DNA of 64,000 nucleotides from Ramazzottius varieornatus (lineage: Eukaryota; Animalia; Tardigrada): NCBI GenBank assembly GCA_001949185.1, contig BDGG01000018.1, positions 62,001 through 126,000 of the forward strand. Direction: 5' to 3'. Shown piece by piece: positions 38,363 through 52,200 of the stretch. Positions within the stretch are counted from its first letter, which is position 1. Every line of letters starts with the position of its first letter. The notes beneath the pieces were generated by a model. That model saw only the letters and a program-made list of their open reading frames with translations. It searched no databases and was not told the DNA's origin. The translations under genes were made by a program, and so were the position numbers.

Positions 38363-40222
38363 CGAGGGGATTTTTCCAATCCGCCGCCTCTGATCCTCAA
38401 ACCGACATCACAGGTGGATAGAGAAGAGTTTTCTCTATAGTCTGAACCGGAAACCTGGTCATATTTCCGTTCCTGGAATAAACTGCAGGAACCGGAAGTC
38501 ACGTCAAAATTAGGGCGGTACTGTACATTGACCGAGGCACAATCAATAAGTTTGATTGACTCATAGTTGATTGGCCAAAATTGATTGTTCCTTCCATCAT
38601 ATGAGCTTGTCGCTGTCGCATGACGCATCTTTTGTTGATTCTCTCCTCCATAATTTTCCCACAACACTGCGATGTGCTCCATCAATCCCTTGAACGTGCT
38701 AAAGCTCCTGGAAGAGGAATACAAACTCCGGTATCAACCGGACGATGCGCCAAGTGAAGCGAACAAGCAGCTGAAAGACCTTATCAAAGGTAGGTATTTT
38801 TCCGAAGGTTCAGTGCAGAAGAGGTTTTGTTTCACCGGATTGTTGGAATATTCTAGATCCTATTGACATCAAAATTGCTCGAAGCGACAGTCCTGTGCTG
38901 GAGGTTGAAGAGGACTTGCAGGGGGACCTACAGCTCGACGGGCTAACGTTCGACGACTTTGAAAAGACGGCGGGTGATGCTAACCTGTTGAACGGTAGCG
39001 CCGAACGTTATTTCTTCGAAGATGATCGCTTGAACGGGCCCGTTACAAGTGACACTGAACCTTCGTCCCACGAAATATTTGTTCCGCGACTCCCAGATCC
39101 AAGAGTTCCGTCAAGCCAAGCTGTCAATCTCGACTACAAGAAACGTGCTGTTGATTACTGGTGTAACGCTACAGCAAAGAAACGGCGGAGCTTGTCTTCA
39201 GTCCGAAACCATTCCACAAAAGTTCGGGACGAACGACAGCTAAGAGACTGGAAGAAACAGCTAGCTGACGGCGGATCCCGATTCGACAAATTGAAAGTCA
39301 TTCGCTTGGAGACAGCAAAGCAGTACTTCATGGCCAAGCAGAAGAGACAAGTAGTCAAGGATTTGGATCTTCAACGATGGGCGATAACCGCGAATAATGA
39401 TGTGGATCTACCTGGTTTCACCGCATCGCCGTACTGGGTGTCAAAATTCAAACGGTAATTGATATCGTGCAAGAATTTACTTATCGATTTAACGAAGGCA
39501 AATCTTCTGTATTTGAACGTCGGCAAACGATTTCACCTGAATCGTCAGTTCAAGTAGCGCACGTTACCGTACTCAATAAGTGACAGCGGCGCCACTTGAA
39601 AAAAACGACCTTTTCCAATTTGCTGGCAGTGTTCCGATGACATTTATGCTATTTTGGCAGGTACTACGGAATAGTTGATCGAAAGATAACGAAGTTCGTC
39701 ACAAAGAAGTCCCTCGAAGCAGCTGCCCAAGTCAAGCAAAGTGCAGAAGAGTGTGTTGCGCTGGTCAGATCCAGAATAGCGGAGCACGGATTGGACTGTC
39801 TTTGGAACACGGATCAGTCGGGATTTGAATATGAGATGAGGCCCGGGAGAACTTTGGAGCAGAAAGGCGTGAAACACGTCGAGGCTATAACCCAGTCCGA
39901 AAATTCCATGACTCATTCCTATACTGTCATGATGACAATCTCTCCCTTCACCATTTCTATGATGTTCATCATTTCTGTACCATCTATCTGCCTTAATGTT
40001 TTTTTGAATTTTCCACTAGATATCTTTACGAGGACGGAAGTAACAGGTTAACTTGTAGCGCCACCTGTGTTGGAATTTTGACGTAACTTCCGGTTCCTGC
40101 AGTTTATTCCAGGAACGGAAATATGACCAGGTTTCCGGTTCAGACTATAGAGAAAACTCTTCTCTATCCACCTGTCATGTCGGTTTGAGGATCAGAGGCG
40201 GCGGATTGGAAAAATCCCCTCG
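38363..40222 (+). mobile_element. Tc5/pogo-like element, internally deleted, 1860 bp
   Basis: 149-bp TIRs starting CGAGGGGATTTTTCC (38363-38511 and 40074-40222, 2 mismatches) with a 3-bp TSD TCA. The spliced transposase has a CENP-B-like HTH (DLQRWA..FTASPYWVSKFKR) and NTDQSGF..GRTL..THSYT, then is truncated. Confidence 0.9.
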
Positions 40223-41216
40223 TCAAGACCACGATCCTACACACACTGTCTGATATGGCATACTTCCACCAAACCAATCAGACATCTATTCGGACAGGTT
40301 ATAATTCCCAGCTTCTCCTAAACATAAACTTCTGGTTGGCACGAACCTGTTAAGGAGCTATTAACAGAGCTGTGCCGTATGACGCAATGTTCGCGCGTTT
40401 TCACGAACAACTTTTTCTTCCTGTGTGTCTGTTTGCGGAACCAACCTCGATCTTCTTTCCTTCGTGTCAGCTTATGGTAAGACTGCTAAGTGGATTTGTC
40501 GTGACTGCATACAGTAAGTACACCAGCTTTTTATTTGCAGATTATCCTGAACGTCTTCGCTCTGGGCAAGTACATCATCACCGTCTGCAGCTGCTTTCTG
40601 AAAGTCCATCACCGCGACTCGTCCCTGCCTTTTCCGTCTTCTTTTAATCCATTACAGATCTACAAGTGCCTTCGCAGTGACACAGGTGTGTAGCTGATCC
40701 ATTTTACGTGTTCGTAGTACATGAACGTATACAGAAATCTTGTCATTTTCACACATGCAAGTGCTGTTACCCACCGATGCTACGTACGACGTCACAAGTC
40801 ACGTGTGCAACATACGCGACCACAGCACGTGACCTAGACGTCATGCGTGTGTCTGGGAAACATATACAGGATATGCGCACTAGTGCATGCACATAGAGCT
40901 GCGGATGGGTGGAGCTTTACTTAGCAAGTATATGCACATATTGGGCAACCAATCAGCACTGGTTACGCAAAAGCAGCGCGTTTCGAGGGACTTATGCAGC
41001 AGCAAGTGCGCCAACCATCCAGCCGTTACTTGCAACAATTCATTGATATTACTTTCTTCTGTTTTCAGGCACACGTTCCAGAAAATGCCATTTGTTGCTG
41101 ACATCGCTCTGAAACCAGAGTTTCTTCAAGACCGCCCCAATGTAACGCCTTCGTTTCTCTAAAGAATTTAAGATTTAATTATTTCAAAAAATTTAATTGA
41201 TATTTAACTCCAGTAT

Positions 41217-44170
41217 TAGTGATGTTCTACTATAGTAAAAGTATATTAAAGTATGTGAAAGTAGATGCTTTTAGCATATACTATAGTAAGTAATATTAAG
41301 TGAATGCACTGGACTGCGACACAGAAAATTAATAGTAAAGTAAGTCACAACGGAAACCGAGATATTATAGTAACATTCGATCAAGCGTTTACGATATTAA
41401 AATATAGTATAATACGTCTGAAGCGCGCACTGACGTACTATAGTAGGCGCCCTGATATCTGGGGCAACGCCCAGAAGACAGCGCACACCGCATATCCCGC
41501 CCCTATGTCAGCAGAAGTTGGCTTCGTAGGGCTAACACAAGATGGCCATGCGCCTACATACTCTGTACTCCTTAGACGAGCTGGATTGACGGTTTGCCGG
41601 TGCGTGATGGCGGAGATTCGAATTATTTGTGTTTTGCTGAAAGCTCAATATGGAACGATCGGCTAGTTTTTTTTGCGTCCTTCTAGTTTGCTTATGATTA
41701 GGTAGGACCTATCCCATAGCTACTCATCAGCCATGCCTTTACCGACCAAAGGGAAGACACAACGCGTTCTGAAGAAGCCTCCAGCCGGGAATGGAAAATT
41801 TTCTGCTCCCACCAAGGAAGCCGTAGTCAGCCCAGCAGTGATCAACATTACTGATGATGACGTTTCGGACTCTGTGGATGATGATCCGCCTGTTCCTAGT
41901 CCTCAGTGCTCATCAACGTCGTCTTCGGTTGCTAACGTGAAGCGCAAACGACTTGGTGGCCCCAAAACACTACACCGAAGATGTCGAGATAGGTAGTCGT
42001 ACATGCCAATACTGCCTACATGAAGTCAAGCCTGCCGGTAACACTGGAAATGCTGTGGCTCACCTCAGAAATCATCATCCTCAGGCTTATGGAAAATATG
42101 AAGAGCAGGAGAAATGTCGCAAAGATGTCAAGAAAAGCAAGCAGCAGGAATCAAGCGTGACGATGATCCAGCCTAAACTCAGCTTTGAGTCTTCACATCC
42201 GTACGAGGAGGGAAGTTTCAAGTAAGATTGATTTCATTTTTCTGTTGCTTGCTGGTGACTGATAATTAATCTATTCATCGCATTTCGTTCCTTATTGCAG
42301 ATATCGAGCTGTCCTACGCGAACGTGCAATGTGGTGTTTACCTACCACCGCGACGCCAACACTCTGTGCCAATCCTGCGACTCAACGTGTCTTCATGAAA
42401 CATGACCCTCGATCGCCTGCGTTCGGTAGAAAAGCTGTGAATACCGAGATGGACAAAGTCTACAAGCAGCTGCTGACCAACATGAAATTCGTACTGCGTC
42501 GTGCTCGAAAGATTTCCTTTTCAGCAGGTAGGACTGTTCTCCTTCGAAGGTTCATTTGACAAAATTAACATTCGTTAATGTTTAACGTGTACTTATTTCA
42601 TTACAGATATTTGGACGAAGCGTGGAATGACTGAATCCAAACTTGGAATGACTGCTCGCCTGTACGATCCTCACTCCAAAGTTATGCGACGAATGACACT
42701 GGCTTGTCGCACCTTTCCACCTCCACACACTGCTGCTCGGCTGTTCAAACTTACAATGGATATTCTGGCTGAATGGGATATTGCACCTTCCAAGATATCC
42801 GCCATAGTGACCGACAACGGATCGAACATGGAAGCCGCTTTCAAAGCCTTCGTTGACTCAAATGGTTCAGACAGTCATAACGAATCGAACGAGGATGAAG
42901 AGGGTGTAACAGTGACCTCCGATGACACAGAAGAGGCCAATTTAGTAGAAGAAGTTGACGAATACATGCAGTTTGAAGAGCAGTGCGACAGGGAGTTCGA
43001 CGGAAGGTAATGTTTTCCATTTCAGAGCCATAAATCTTATAAACATCTAGAAGTTACGCATGTGATCCTACTTCACCAACTGAATGATAACGTATTTTTT
43101 TCGCTTTTCAGAATTAAGCGCCACAGCTGTACTATCCATCGTTTGCAGACGGCTGTTCGTGTATTTCAGAAAGACGAGACGCTAAAGCCCATCATCAGGA
43201 AAGCCCGCGTCATAGTGAAGACATTCAGAATGTCCACCGTTGCTACCGGCGAACTCATCAAAGCCACGAACCTGACTTTGATTGCTGATGTCACAACTCG
43301 ATGGAATTCAACTTTGCAGTTTCTCAAGCGCCTGGATCTAGTACAAGATTCCGTAAAAGAAATCATGGCACGGCACCTGAGGATTCCAGGTCTTCCACCG
43401 GGAGAATGGGTTATCATCAGATATATGATAAAACTATTGGACAAATTAACACTGTACGTGTCACAGTACAGCTGTGGCTAGACATTTAAAATCGAATTTG
43501 TATGCCGATGTTTCTTTCCGATTGCAGGTTACGGATAAGCTGAGCGCTGATAAGGAGGCAACTATTCATCGGGTCCACTTCTACATCAACGGGCTGGTTC
43601 GACATTTGGAATGCATCCGTGATGCATTATCAAAGCTGGACTTCTCTAGCTTCCACCTCGATAACCCGTTCGATCAAGTAGGTGTTCTTGTGCGCTATGT
43701 GATCTGTTTTTGGTATTAACGTTTTATACTCGTTTCGATTCTTTTCGTTAAGTTGCAAAGGCTTTTGTATTTTGTAGGTCATATTGGCGATGGAATCAGA
43801 ATTATCTCGCGTGTTGGGATACGTGATCAATGAACGTGATCCGAAGTTTGATGCAGTGCACATTGCGAGCACCTTTCTTCACAAGAAACTGCGCCTCACT
43901 CTGCCACATCGGGTGGCGAGCCTTGCTTCCAGATGGCTCGCACTAAAGAGCAGTGATTGGTACGAACAAAACATTCCAGGTACACGTTCGACCGTTCAGC
44001 TGATTAGTTTAATTTGTTTATCGCTAAATTCTAAACTTTCTTTGCTCAGACATACTCCCTGAACCTGCTGATCCGAATGTCACCTCCAAGTTCACCACTG
44101 ACGATGACTTGGACTTTTTCGTCGCTGCAAGTTTGGAGGTCGCACCTCATAATTCGCATTGTAATCCAGA
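41217..44170 (+). mobile_element. hAT transposon, 3'-truncated, with a multi-intron transposase pseudogene from 41733
   Basis: Left terminus TAGTGATG with TATAGTA subterminal repeats. BED finger CQYC..NTGNAVAHLRNHH, plus DIWT, IVTDNGSNM, CTIHRL and TRWNS. Frameshift at ~41960. No dimerisation domain or right TIR seen. Confidence 0.85.
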
Positions 44171-44389
44171 GTAAGTGCTATGGGCAGCTGCTGGACGCGA
44201 TCTCAACTGAAGCATTAGTTAGTTGTTCGTAACGTTACAATGCCTTAAAAAGATCGAAACTCAACCTCGTATCACCTCCATCCGTAAACAAAAACTCCCA
44301 CGCTGGAAAATCTGAAAAGAATCTTTACTTCAGATGATCGAGGCTTATTTTAGGACTTAGCGCTTGCTGTATGTTGTTTACTTGCAGAA

Positions 44390-46831
44390 ACGGAAATTTC
44401 TTCGTTGTGGCTTTTCTTGCTACTGGATGCGGAGTGGGATAAACATGAAGTCCCCATGGAAAGAGAGAAGCGTCATTTTGAGGGCTCGGTACGTTATATT
44501 TTATAGTACATCAAGGTGCCGTGGGTTTGGCGGAATCATTGATCTGTGCGTTGTTCGTTCTAGATTCATAGTGGGATTGCTCCAGTATGATATTCCCGAA
44601 CTCGGGACAACGAAGAACGGTGTGTACACGGTGAAACGCATCGAGAATCCAAGGAGTATGAACATCAGATCATCAGAAAGAGCGATTACTTAGAAGAGGT
44701 TCGGCGAACAGAAAACAGAAGCAGCAATTGTTCTCTCTTCTAGGGCGGAGACTCAAGGGTGAAATCGTGTGCCGCTTATTTCGGGACCGTCCAAGGCTCT
44801 GAAGTTATTTTCAGTTCCTGGTCAGGTGCTAGAGTGGTGGATGTTCTTGTATCGACGCAAATGATGCTTGGGGTGAAGATCGGTACCAGGGGAGTAGTTC
44901 TGACTTTCGGAATTAATGATGTGCTGACTGCTTTTAAGAACGGAAGATTCCATGACCCTTCGAGCGGTAAAGCGTCATCGCTGAACTTCTCGAACCTTTC
45001 ACCCTTTTCTTGGACGCACCTGGTAGTAGATCTCGCTTCCTCTTGTTATTTGTGACGGAAGTAATCAAGATCAACAAGAACTAGAGGATCAACGGAGCCC
45101 CCGTCGAACCCCATGACCTTGAGTACATCAACAGTATCGTCGATATGTACAACGGAAGGCTTCAGCGGTGTATGGAGTTGCACGAAGGCGATTACATCGG
45201 TCTGAAACATCCTGGGAGTTTCACACAAGACTGAATCTGTGACGTACGTAGTCGATGCTTTTTGCCGATACGTTTCTTGAGTAAACTCCAGTAATTTTCT
45301 AGGAAACAGTTGATCAACTTGTCTCGATCCTTCTCCGTATTTGGAGGCAGTAAATTCTACCACATGTGGGACGCACCCCATCTTCTAAAGCGCACGCGAA
45401 ATCACCTGATTGTTGGCAAGCCACTGAGAAATCCGTTGAAGGTACACAGTAATGTGGTTCAGGGCTTACTGTCTTCTTGATTCTGAAACCCGAGAAGCGA
45501 TGCAAGACCAGCACGGATTCCTCTATGCCTCGCCTCGGTTTTTCCTGAATGTAGTGGAGTAGAACGACGTCCCAAGAAGACATGGCCTGTCTCCAGCCCC
45601 AAAAATGAACCGAAATTGCCTCGCGTTCAACAACTTTGAGAACCAGAACGTTCGAAGAGCTTGAGTGTGCTTGAGCGTATCGACTGCTGTCGCCATGTTT
45701 GTTCTGGAGAACTCCGATGTGTACGGAACTGCCAGAGGCGCAGCAGCACGCGCTTTCTGTGTCTTCTTCAGCAACCTGTTCGATCGTCAAAACTCCGTGT
45801 CCGTAGAGAATCACCAAAACCGTCGAGCAGTGACGCAGGTCAACGGACAGCCCAAGGTCCATTTCAAAATTTCACGCAGCTCTAAAACATGTCGAATGAT
45901 CGTATGACTTGCAGGAGTTTCAGACTGAATACGACTTCATCGAGGAATACGTCAATAAAATCTCCAAAGATGAACGCTTACCGGACCTGATTCTCGTGCA
46001 GTGGATGATGAACATCAAAAGTCACTTGTCCATCTCGCAGCATCTTTTCTCCGAAGGATTTGACCATTATGCTACCCAGACAATGAACCAGGATACGCTT
46101 GAGGTATGCTCTCTAACAGACGTGCACACGTGAACCGAAGTACCACATTGTTTTTGTAGCGGTTCTTCTCTCGAGCTCGATCAATGCTTGGAGAAAGTCT
46201 CTCAGGATTGTTACAATCCTGACAGCTGACAGCGCAAAACCGGCGGCGATCATCCGAACATTTTTGATGACCAGTATCGCCAAGATTCAGACCCCAGAAG
46301 GCGCTAACATTGAAGAGCAAGAGGACATCACCTTCGTTAGCTATCTGGATATTCTGCAGGAAAGGCGCAAGCAGAGAGTAAAGAGCTTCCCGGAGGAGGA
46401 GTACGAATGGACTGAAGAGCCACTCCGCAAAGAAGATTTGAACGAAGTCGATCTTGCTTGCGTCTACCACCATCTAGGGGCTCCGTCCATCCAACCGTTT
46501 CACTTGTGCCGAATGTCGACCAGCGTACTTTTATACTCGGCAGGCGGATGGTAACATCTCCATCCGCGTCGACCTTCTTCGACCTTCCCGGATCACGTAC
46601 CTCAAAGACAGTGGAAACCTGTTTTACGGTACCGAGGAGCTTCGCAATCCACCACTCACAGGTAAGTCACGCCCCGTGCACATAGCTGATCCGCCTTCGA
46701 CTTGATGCATTTTCATGTTGACCAATGAGGCGATTAGCTCTATTTTTGACCTCTATTTTTACCTCTATTTGGGCGGAGTTACATTATCCAATCCCAGTGG
46801 AGAAATCCTACGTCATCCAACTCTCCTCGTG
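44390..46831 (+). mobile_element. P-element/THAP9-like transposase remnant with a probable right terminus
   Basis: VICDGSN (~45050), WDAPHLLKRTRNHL (~45370), CLSVSTAVAM..FSNLFD and GFDHYATQTMNQDTLE|RFFSRAR. The end CTCCTCGTG (reverse complement CACGAG) is preceded by three CTCTATTTT repeats. No THAP domain seen. Confidence 0.75.
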
Positions 46832-47103
46832 ATTTTCCATCAGAATTTTAGTACATTCTGCACGTGTATCACTCTGTTGTAACCAAGGACGTATTGAGGT
46901 TGGCGGAACGGTATCGCAAACTCTGCAGATCCGCAATTTTCTAGGATACTACTCAAAATTGCAGATTCGCAATGAATTTTGTTGAAAAGTTGGAAAATTG
47001 CAGATCTGCGATATCTTTTCCGCAAAAAAACAAAAAGATCATCAGAAAAAATACTGTCCATCTAACAAGGCAATACGAGCTAATTAATGAGCGAGTCGGT
47101 ATT

Positions 47104-49087
47104 TCAAGTGAACCGTTTCCCAGCCAAGCCTGGTCTTTCCGCTGGCATATCCTCCGGACAATGTACCCCTACGGAGTAAGACGGCACGGTAAACCGACAG
47201 TCGAACATTGGCACTCAGAAGAGATAATACTCACGTACCATTGCGGTCAGAAACGTGAGGACATGGAAAAATCAATCAATCAAAACCCAAGGCGGAGTTC
47301 GGGGCGGTATTACAATCAAAAGTTTTGATAAATTTTATTGAATGCGCTCTCTGAATCACTACTTGGTTCGCAGACCATTATTGAGAAGAAGATCCTCCAA
47401 ACGCCCTTCCATCGTTCCGTACAAATTCTTACAGAGCTCAGGGGTTACTAATTTATCTCATGCTTCATACAACAACCTCTCTAAATCTGGCTTCGTATGG
47501 ACACCTCTTTCCGATGTACTGCCACATGATATTCCAAACATTCTCGGTGGGATTCATATCCGGAGATAACGGTGGCCACGGGAGAACGGACAATCGACAC
47601 TTTTTGAGATAGGCTTGGACTAGCTTGGCCTTGTGAGATGGTGCGTTATCGTGCATCCAAATGACTCGCTTCTTCTTCTTGCGACGTTCCCTGATCTTTG
47701 GTATTACTTTCTTGGCGACCAGCACCGAGTAAATGAAGCGGTTGATGGATCCGTCAACGATGAAGAACGACAGTGGTCCGTCGCGAGTAATCGCGCCGTG
47801 GCACATTACGCTGAAGCGTCCAGGTGGAAGTTTTCTCTGGAAGTCTGCGTTGTAGCGACCTTCACTAGGAAAAAGCCTAATCTAAACAAAGACCAGGATC
47901 GATATTTGTTACAGTATCTTCCCAACGGTTTTGCGCATGAAATATAACGCCTGCACTTACTGTATGCCGTCCACAGTCAAACTTGGCACTGGCTTCATCG
48001 CTGAAGACAACGTAGTTCAGGTAGTTCTTGTCTTTTCTCAGCTTGTCTTTTCTCAGCTTGTCTTTTTTCAGCTTGTCCAGCATATCCAGAGCCCGAATTA
48101 AGCGCATGGTGCGATAGTGGTAAGTCAGAGGATTCTTCACTGGAGTGACAATCCGGGCCTGTAGCTGCTGTAGACGACATCGCACGCTACGCTCACTGAC
48201 CTTGCTTTCTTTTCCGGTAAGAGCCTGTTCACACTCCGCCGCGATCTTTCCGAGTCTGCTCGCAGGCCAGTCCCGGGCTTTATGGTTGTGGGCAAGAAGT
48301 CGCAGGGTGTCTTCGAAATGGTCCGAAGTTTTCCGTGGGGTTCCTTTCTTCTTAGCAATGTCACCAATCAGACGTCGACGCCGCAGAAGATCAGATGCCC
48401 ACTTTCGAGAATGCCCACAGTAACGTCCAATTTGGCTCCAGCTGATGTCGTCTTTCCTCATTCTTCTAACTGCTCTCACCACCACGTCACTAACCCTGTG
48501 GCCTCGGCTCATTCTAGACTATATTACAGAGCACAATGACAGAGGTAGCGATGGATATTACAGAAGAAATTACAGGAACTAAGAAGTAAGACTCCCGGCA
48601 TCACAAAGGAACACCTGTTACGCCTGAAAACAGCTGACTGAACCGGAAACGTTGATCAAGGCTTTTGATTGCCGTGACGTCACGTCATGCGGTCGGTTCT
48701 GATTGATTTATTGGCCATGTCCTCACGTTTCTGACCGCAATGGTAGTTCAAGCACAGACGCATCATCTCGGTGGCGAAGCACGTCGAAGGCGATTTCGTC
48801 GCTCTCATGTGACTTACGTCTTCGTCGACCAGACAACCCTCGCTCTTGCCAGTAGTCATAGGCCCAGATCCCGGTTAGCAGCAAGATCAAGAGACCCAAC
48901 AGGATGAATGCCACCACCACGACGGGATCTGGGCCTCTGCTGTTCGTGGATGTGGTGGTGGGTTGAACGGCGGTGAGGGAGGTGGTGGTGACGGAAGACT
49001 GCGTGGTGGCGATGAACGAAGTCGGCGTAGTGGTCCGCTGGGTGATGTTCACCATGGTCGGGATGAGGTCCGCTGTTGCACGGAACC
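47104..49087 (-). pseudogene. Single-pass membrane protein with a Thr/Ser-rich ectodomain, interrupted by the Tc1 element
   Basis: MVNITQ..T-rich stalk..VVVVAFILLGLLILLLTGIWAY..RRRRK. Removing the Tc1 restores a GTGAGT donor at 47234, a 66-nt intron and an in-frame last exon 47168-47104 (RVHCPEDMPAERPGLAGKRFT*). Confidence 0.7.
47238..48743 (-). mobile_element. Tc1 (DD34E) transposon, 1506 bp, with a frameshifted transposase at ~47355-48512
   Basis: Perfect 29-bp TIRs CCATTGCGGTCAGAAACGTGAGGACATGG with a TA TSD. Motifs GTPRK, VFSDEA and HDNAPSH..WPPLSPDMNPTENVW (34 residues between D and E). A 15-nt unit is triplicated at ~48026-48078. Confidence 0.93.
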
Positions 49088-49293
49088 CTGCAACGCAGAA
49101 TACTGCATAATTGAGAGCTCGCCCAACAAACGAGCACTGGCCAGTGAGTGTTATTGGGTGAAAGCGTGCGCCACTTCGAGAAACAAACTCGACAAGATCG
49201 TTTTCCAAAAGGCGCGCGTTCCCAGTGTTATCGGCTGAAAGCTTTCGCCACTTAGAATAAACAAATATATTTTCACAACTAGCTATATTTCAA

Positions 49294-52200
49294 TACAAGC
49301 TGTTGGCTTCGCCTTCGGCTCGCTCGCAGCTTTTCGATGATCTAGGAAAACAGAAACGGGCAGCGCAGAAGAGCCATTATATAACTTCGATTTCGTTTGA
49401 TTTTAAACCAAATCTTTTCATTGGATCAGCGAAAAACATTGGATCAGCGAAACATAGGTGAAGTGCGAGTAGGTCTGAACCACGAAGTTTCAAATAATAC
49501 AGAGATTAAGTTACCAGTTCCGTTCGCTTTCCCACTGTAGCTACGTCTTGCTCCGCCCTTTTGTGACGTGTAACTACATTTTCCTTTCCGGAGCTTCCCT
49601 TGTTTTCAGAAAATAGCGTAATCGGAGTTACGGTTGGGTAGCATTGGGAAGCATAGTCGCTGCTCAATTATTCAAACCAAAGATCAGCTGCTGCGCTTAT
49701 GAGTGACGTTTCAGCTCATTTTAGCTACAGTGGGACTTTCATCTGGCGGTGGCAACTTAATGTTTGTCATGGACGGAACTGGGACAAACCTTGCGACTAT
49801 CGAGAAAAGTACCACAGGAAGGTCTATGTGACAGCGCACATAGGGGTCGGAAAAGGAGCTGCCTAAGTTATTTGCTGGTTTGCTAGACAATGAGCTGCAT
49901 TATGAAAACGTGCCGGCAAAATAAAAAATCCCAAGAAACAAAGTGTGTACCGCTAGATACAAAACTAAAAAAATGACCACGTTGTGAACATCTAGGCCAC
50001 ATTTCTGTATTTTGGGGTTTGAATCAATTCGGACTGAAGTTGGCGGATGCAAGAGTGCACAGTAAAAATACTGTGAATATTCGCTGCGACCGCGCAACAC
50101 GTCAACGTATAAGTGAATTACAGCCCCGGTCCGGTTTCACGGACTGCGCAACCCCCTACGGGGGTGCATAGTCACGTACGTGTACGTACTGCGCGGACGC
50201 AGCGGATATTTACAGTATATGGATAGCAGTATATATATACAAGCTGTTCGCTTCGCCTTCGGCTCGCTCGCAGCTTGTTAGTGATGTAGAGAAACTGAAA
50301 TATACAGCAGAGAAGAATGGGAAACAAAAGTACAAAAAATCTATGGTCAGCTTCTGACTGAACACAGAACAAAACCGCACTCACAAGTGAACCTTCTAAG
50401 AACGGATATTAAAACGTTGATCAGACTGCTTTTGGGTGAGAGTTTCGGCTATTACGAGAGTTTCAAGATACGTGCTCCAGTCAGGTTTTGGGAAACTGAA
50501 ACAATCCTGAATGGAACCAAGTGGGTATGGGACCGTTAATAATGTGTCTTTTCTGTTCTTACATGTATTAATGTACGTATTGATACGTATTCATTCTTGT
50601 GTGAGACGGCACAAAATGAAATCTGAAAATTTTTCATGTTGATGTCATGCCTGTACAGTACGAAATTAGTACAATCCAGAGAAAGGACGACGAATTCTGT
50701 GGGTCATCTGCCACATCGTAGCACGATCACAAGTTTATCAGACTTGAGTAGAGTCAACCGGCACAAAAATCTCAGTCTTTTATGCAGGGTCCTCTATCGC
50801 CTTGTAATTAGTTTCGGGTACTTCCGTCTTGAAATTTGTGCTCTAATATGAAAAGACCACAATTTTATCAGACCATGGCTGTGCTGCTTGCTTGCGGACA
50901 ATTTTTATGAAGTTCGAGAAACAAAAATCCGAGGCCATGGAACAAACTTGACGTTTTGAACCTGGAAAATGTCAACGCCTTGTACCTCGAATCAAACGCG
51001 CGTCAGGGCCTGAAAATCTGACGGACCAGACTATGTGCCCAGGGCAGCCTGGAAAAAAAATCTCATGGACCAGCTCGGGGCCCCCTGTAATGCCAGGGGT
51101 CCCACTATCTGGACCCCCAGTATAAATCTAAACCGCTGTGTTGAAGTACCCTGAAATCTGTAGGCCGAGACTCGCTTTTACCATTGCGGGCCGGAGAATC
51201 TCATGGACCGCTGGTCCACAAGGAGACTAGCTGACGCTCGCTTGCCTCGAATTTTAATCTTTTGATAAAAGAAGTGCATTATCATACAAAATACGGGTAT
51301 GGTAGTGTCTTCAGGTTCAGAAATAAGAAGTTTAGCCGGGAGTCACTCGGCCCAGATTCCAGCTATCCCTGAACCTCTAGGGATCTTCAGGAAGGATAAG
51401 AGGCGCCCAGACGATATGACGCAAGTTCCTTAGAAGAATGGTAAAGAGTGTGGGACGTCACGGTGGTCGATATCCTGGCGCTCACCAACTTTGCCATGTC
51501 AATGGTCGAAGCCGGATCAGCTGCTGATGCTACCGAATGAAGGAAGATCACCAAATACCAGGACATCGGAAGCTAGTTTCAGTTTTGCCCTGTTGGTCTG
51601 GAGACCCTCGTACCATGCGGACCTTGTACGACGGAGCTGTTTGAGGTGATTGGAAGAAAGATGGCAGAAGTATCGGGCGAATCTAGATCCTTTCCTTTCT
51701 TTAAGCAGAGAGTGTCAATAGATATTGGACCTGTTTCGCAAGTCATGTTTTCGGCTTGCACAGCATAAGTATAGGTTTTATGCTGTGCAGTTATCCACGG
51801 CTTATGTTTTGCCTAATATCGCTGAACAGAATTTGAAATTCTGTGCAAGCTGAGTTGATTGTACTATTGACCACTTTGGTCGAAATTTTGAATTTTGGTG
51901 GAGTGGAGCGTGATCAGGCCAATCAGCGAATTGGACTTTGCGCGTCAAGTGATCCGAGCTACACGCCTCTCCCACATTGCGCCACTTGACTTCCGCTCTC
52001 GTTCCTTCTCGAAATCCATCATGTTTTCGACTGAAACTAGCATTAAAGTTAGGAAGAGATAATTATCTTCTCGAAACCATCGCCAGAAAAAGCGAAAGAA
52101 GTCCGGGCTTTATCAAGTAGAGGGCTAAATGACAGGCCCCGCGAATTCGATGCCCTGCTGAACTCGCGCGGCCTAATATCCCTTTATTCTAATATTCTGT

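Noticed and set aside
45046-45862. Minus-strand ORFs of 111 and 182 aa
   Set aside because: They are shadows of the plus-strand P-element transposase remnant.
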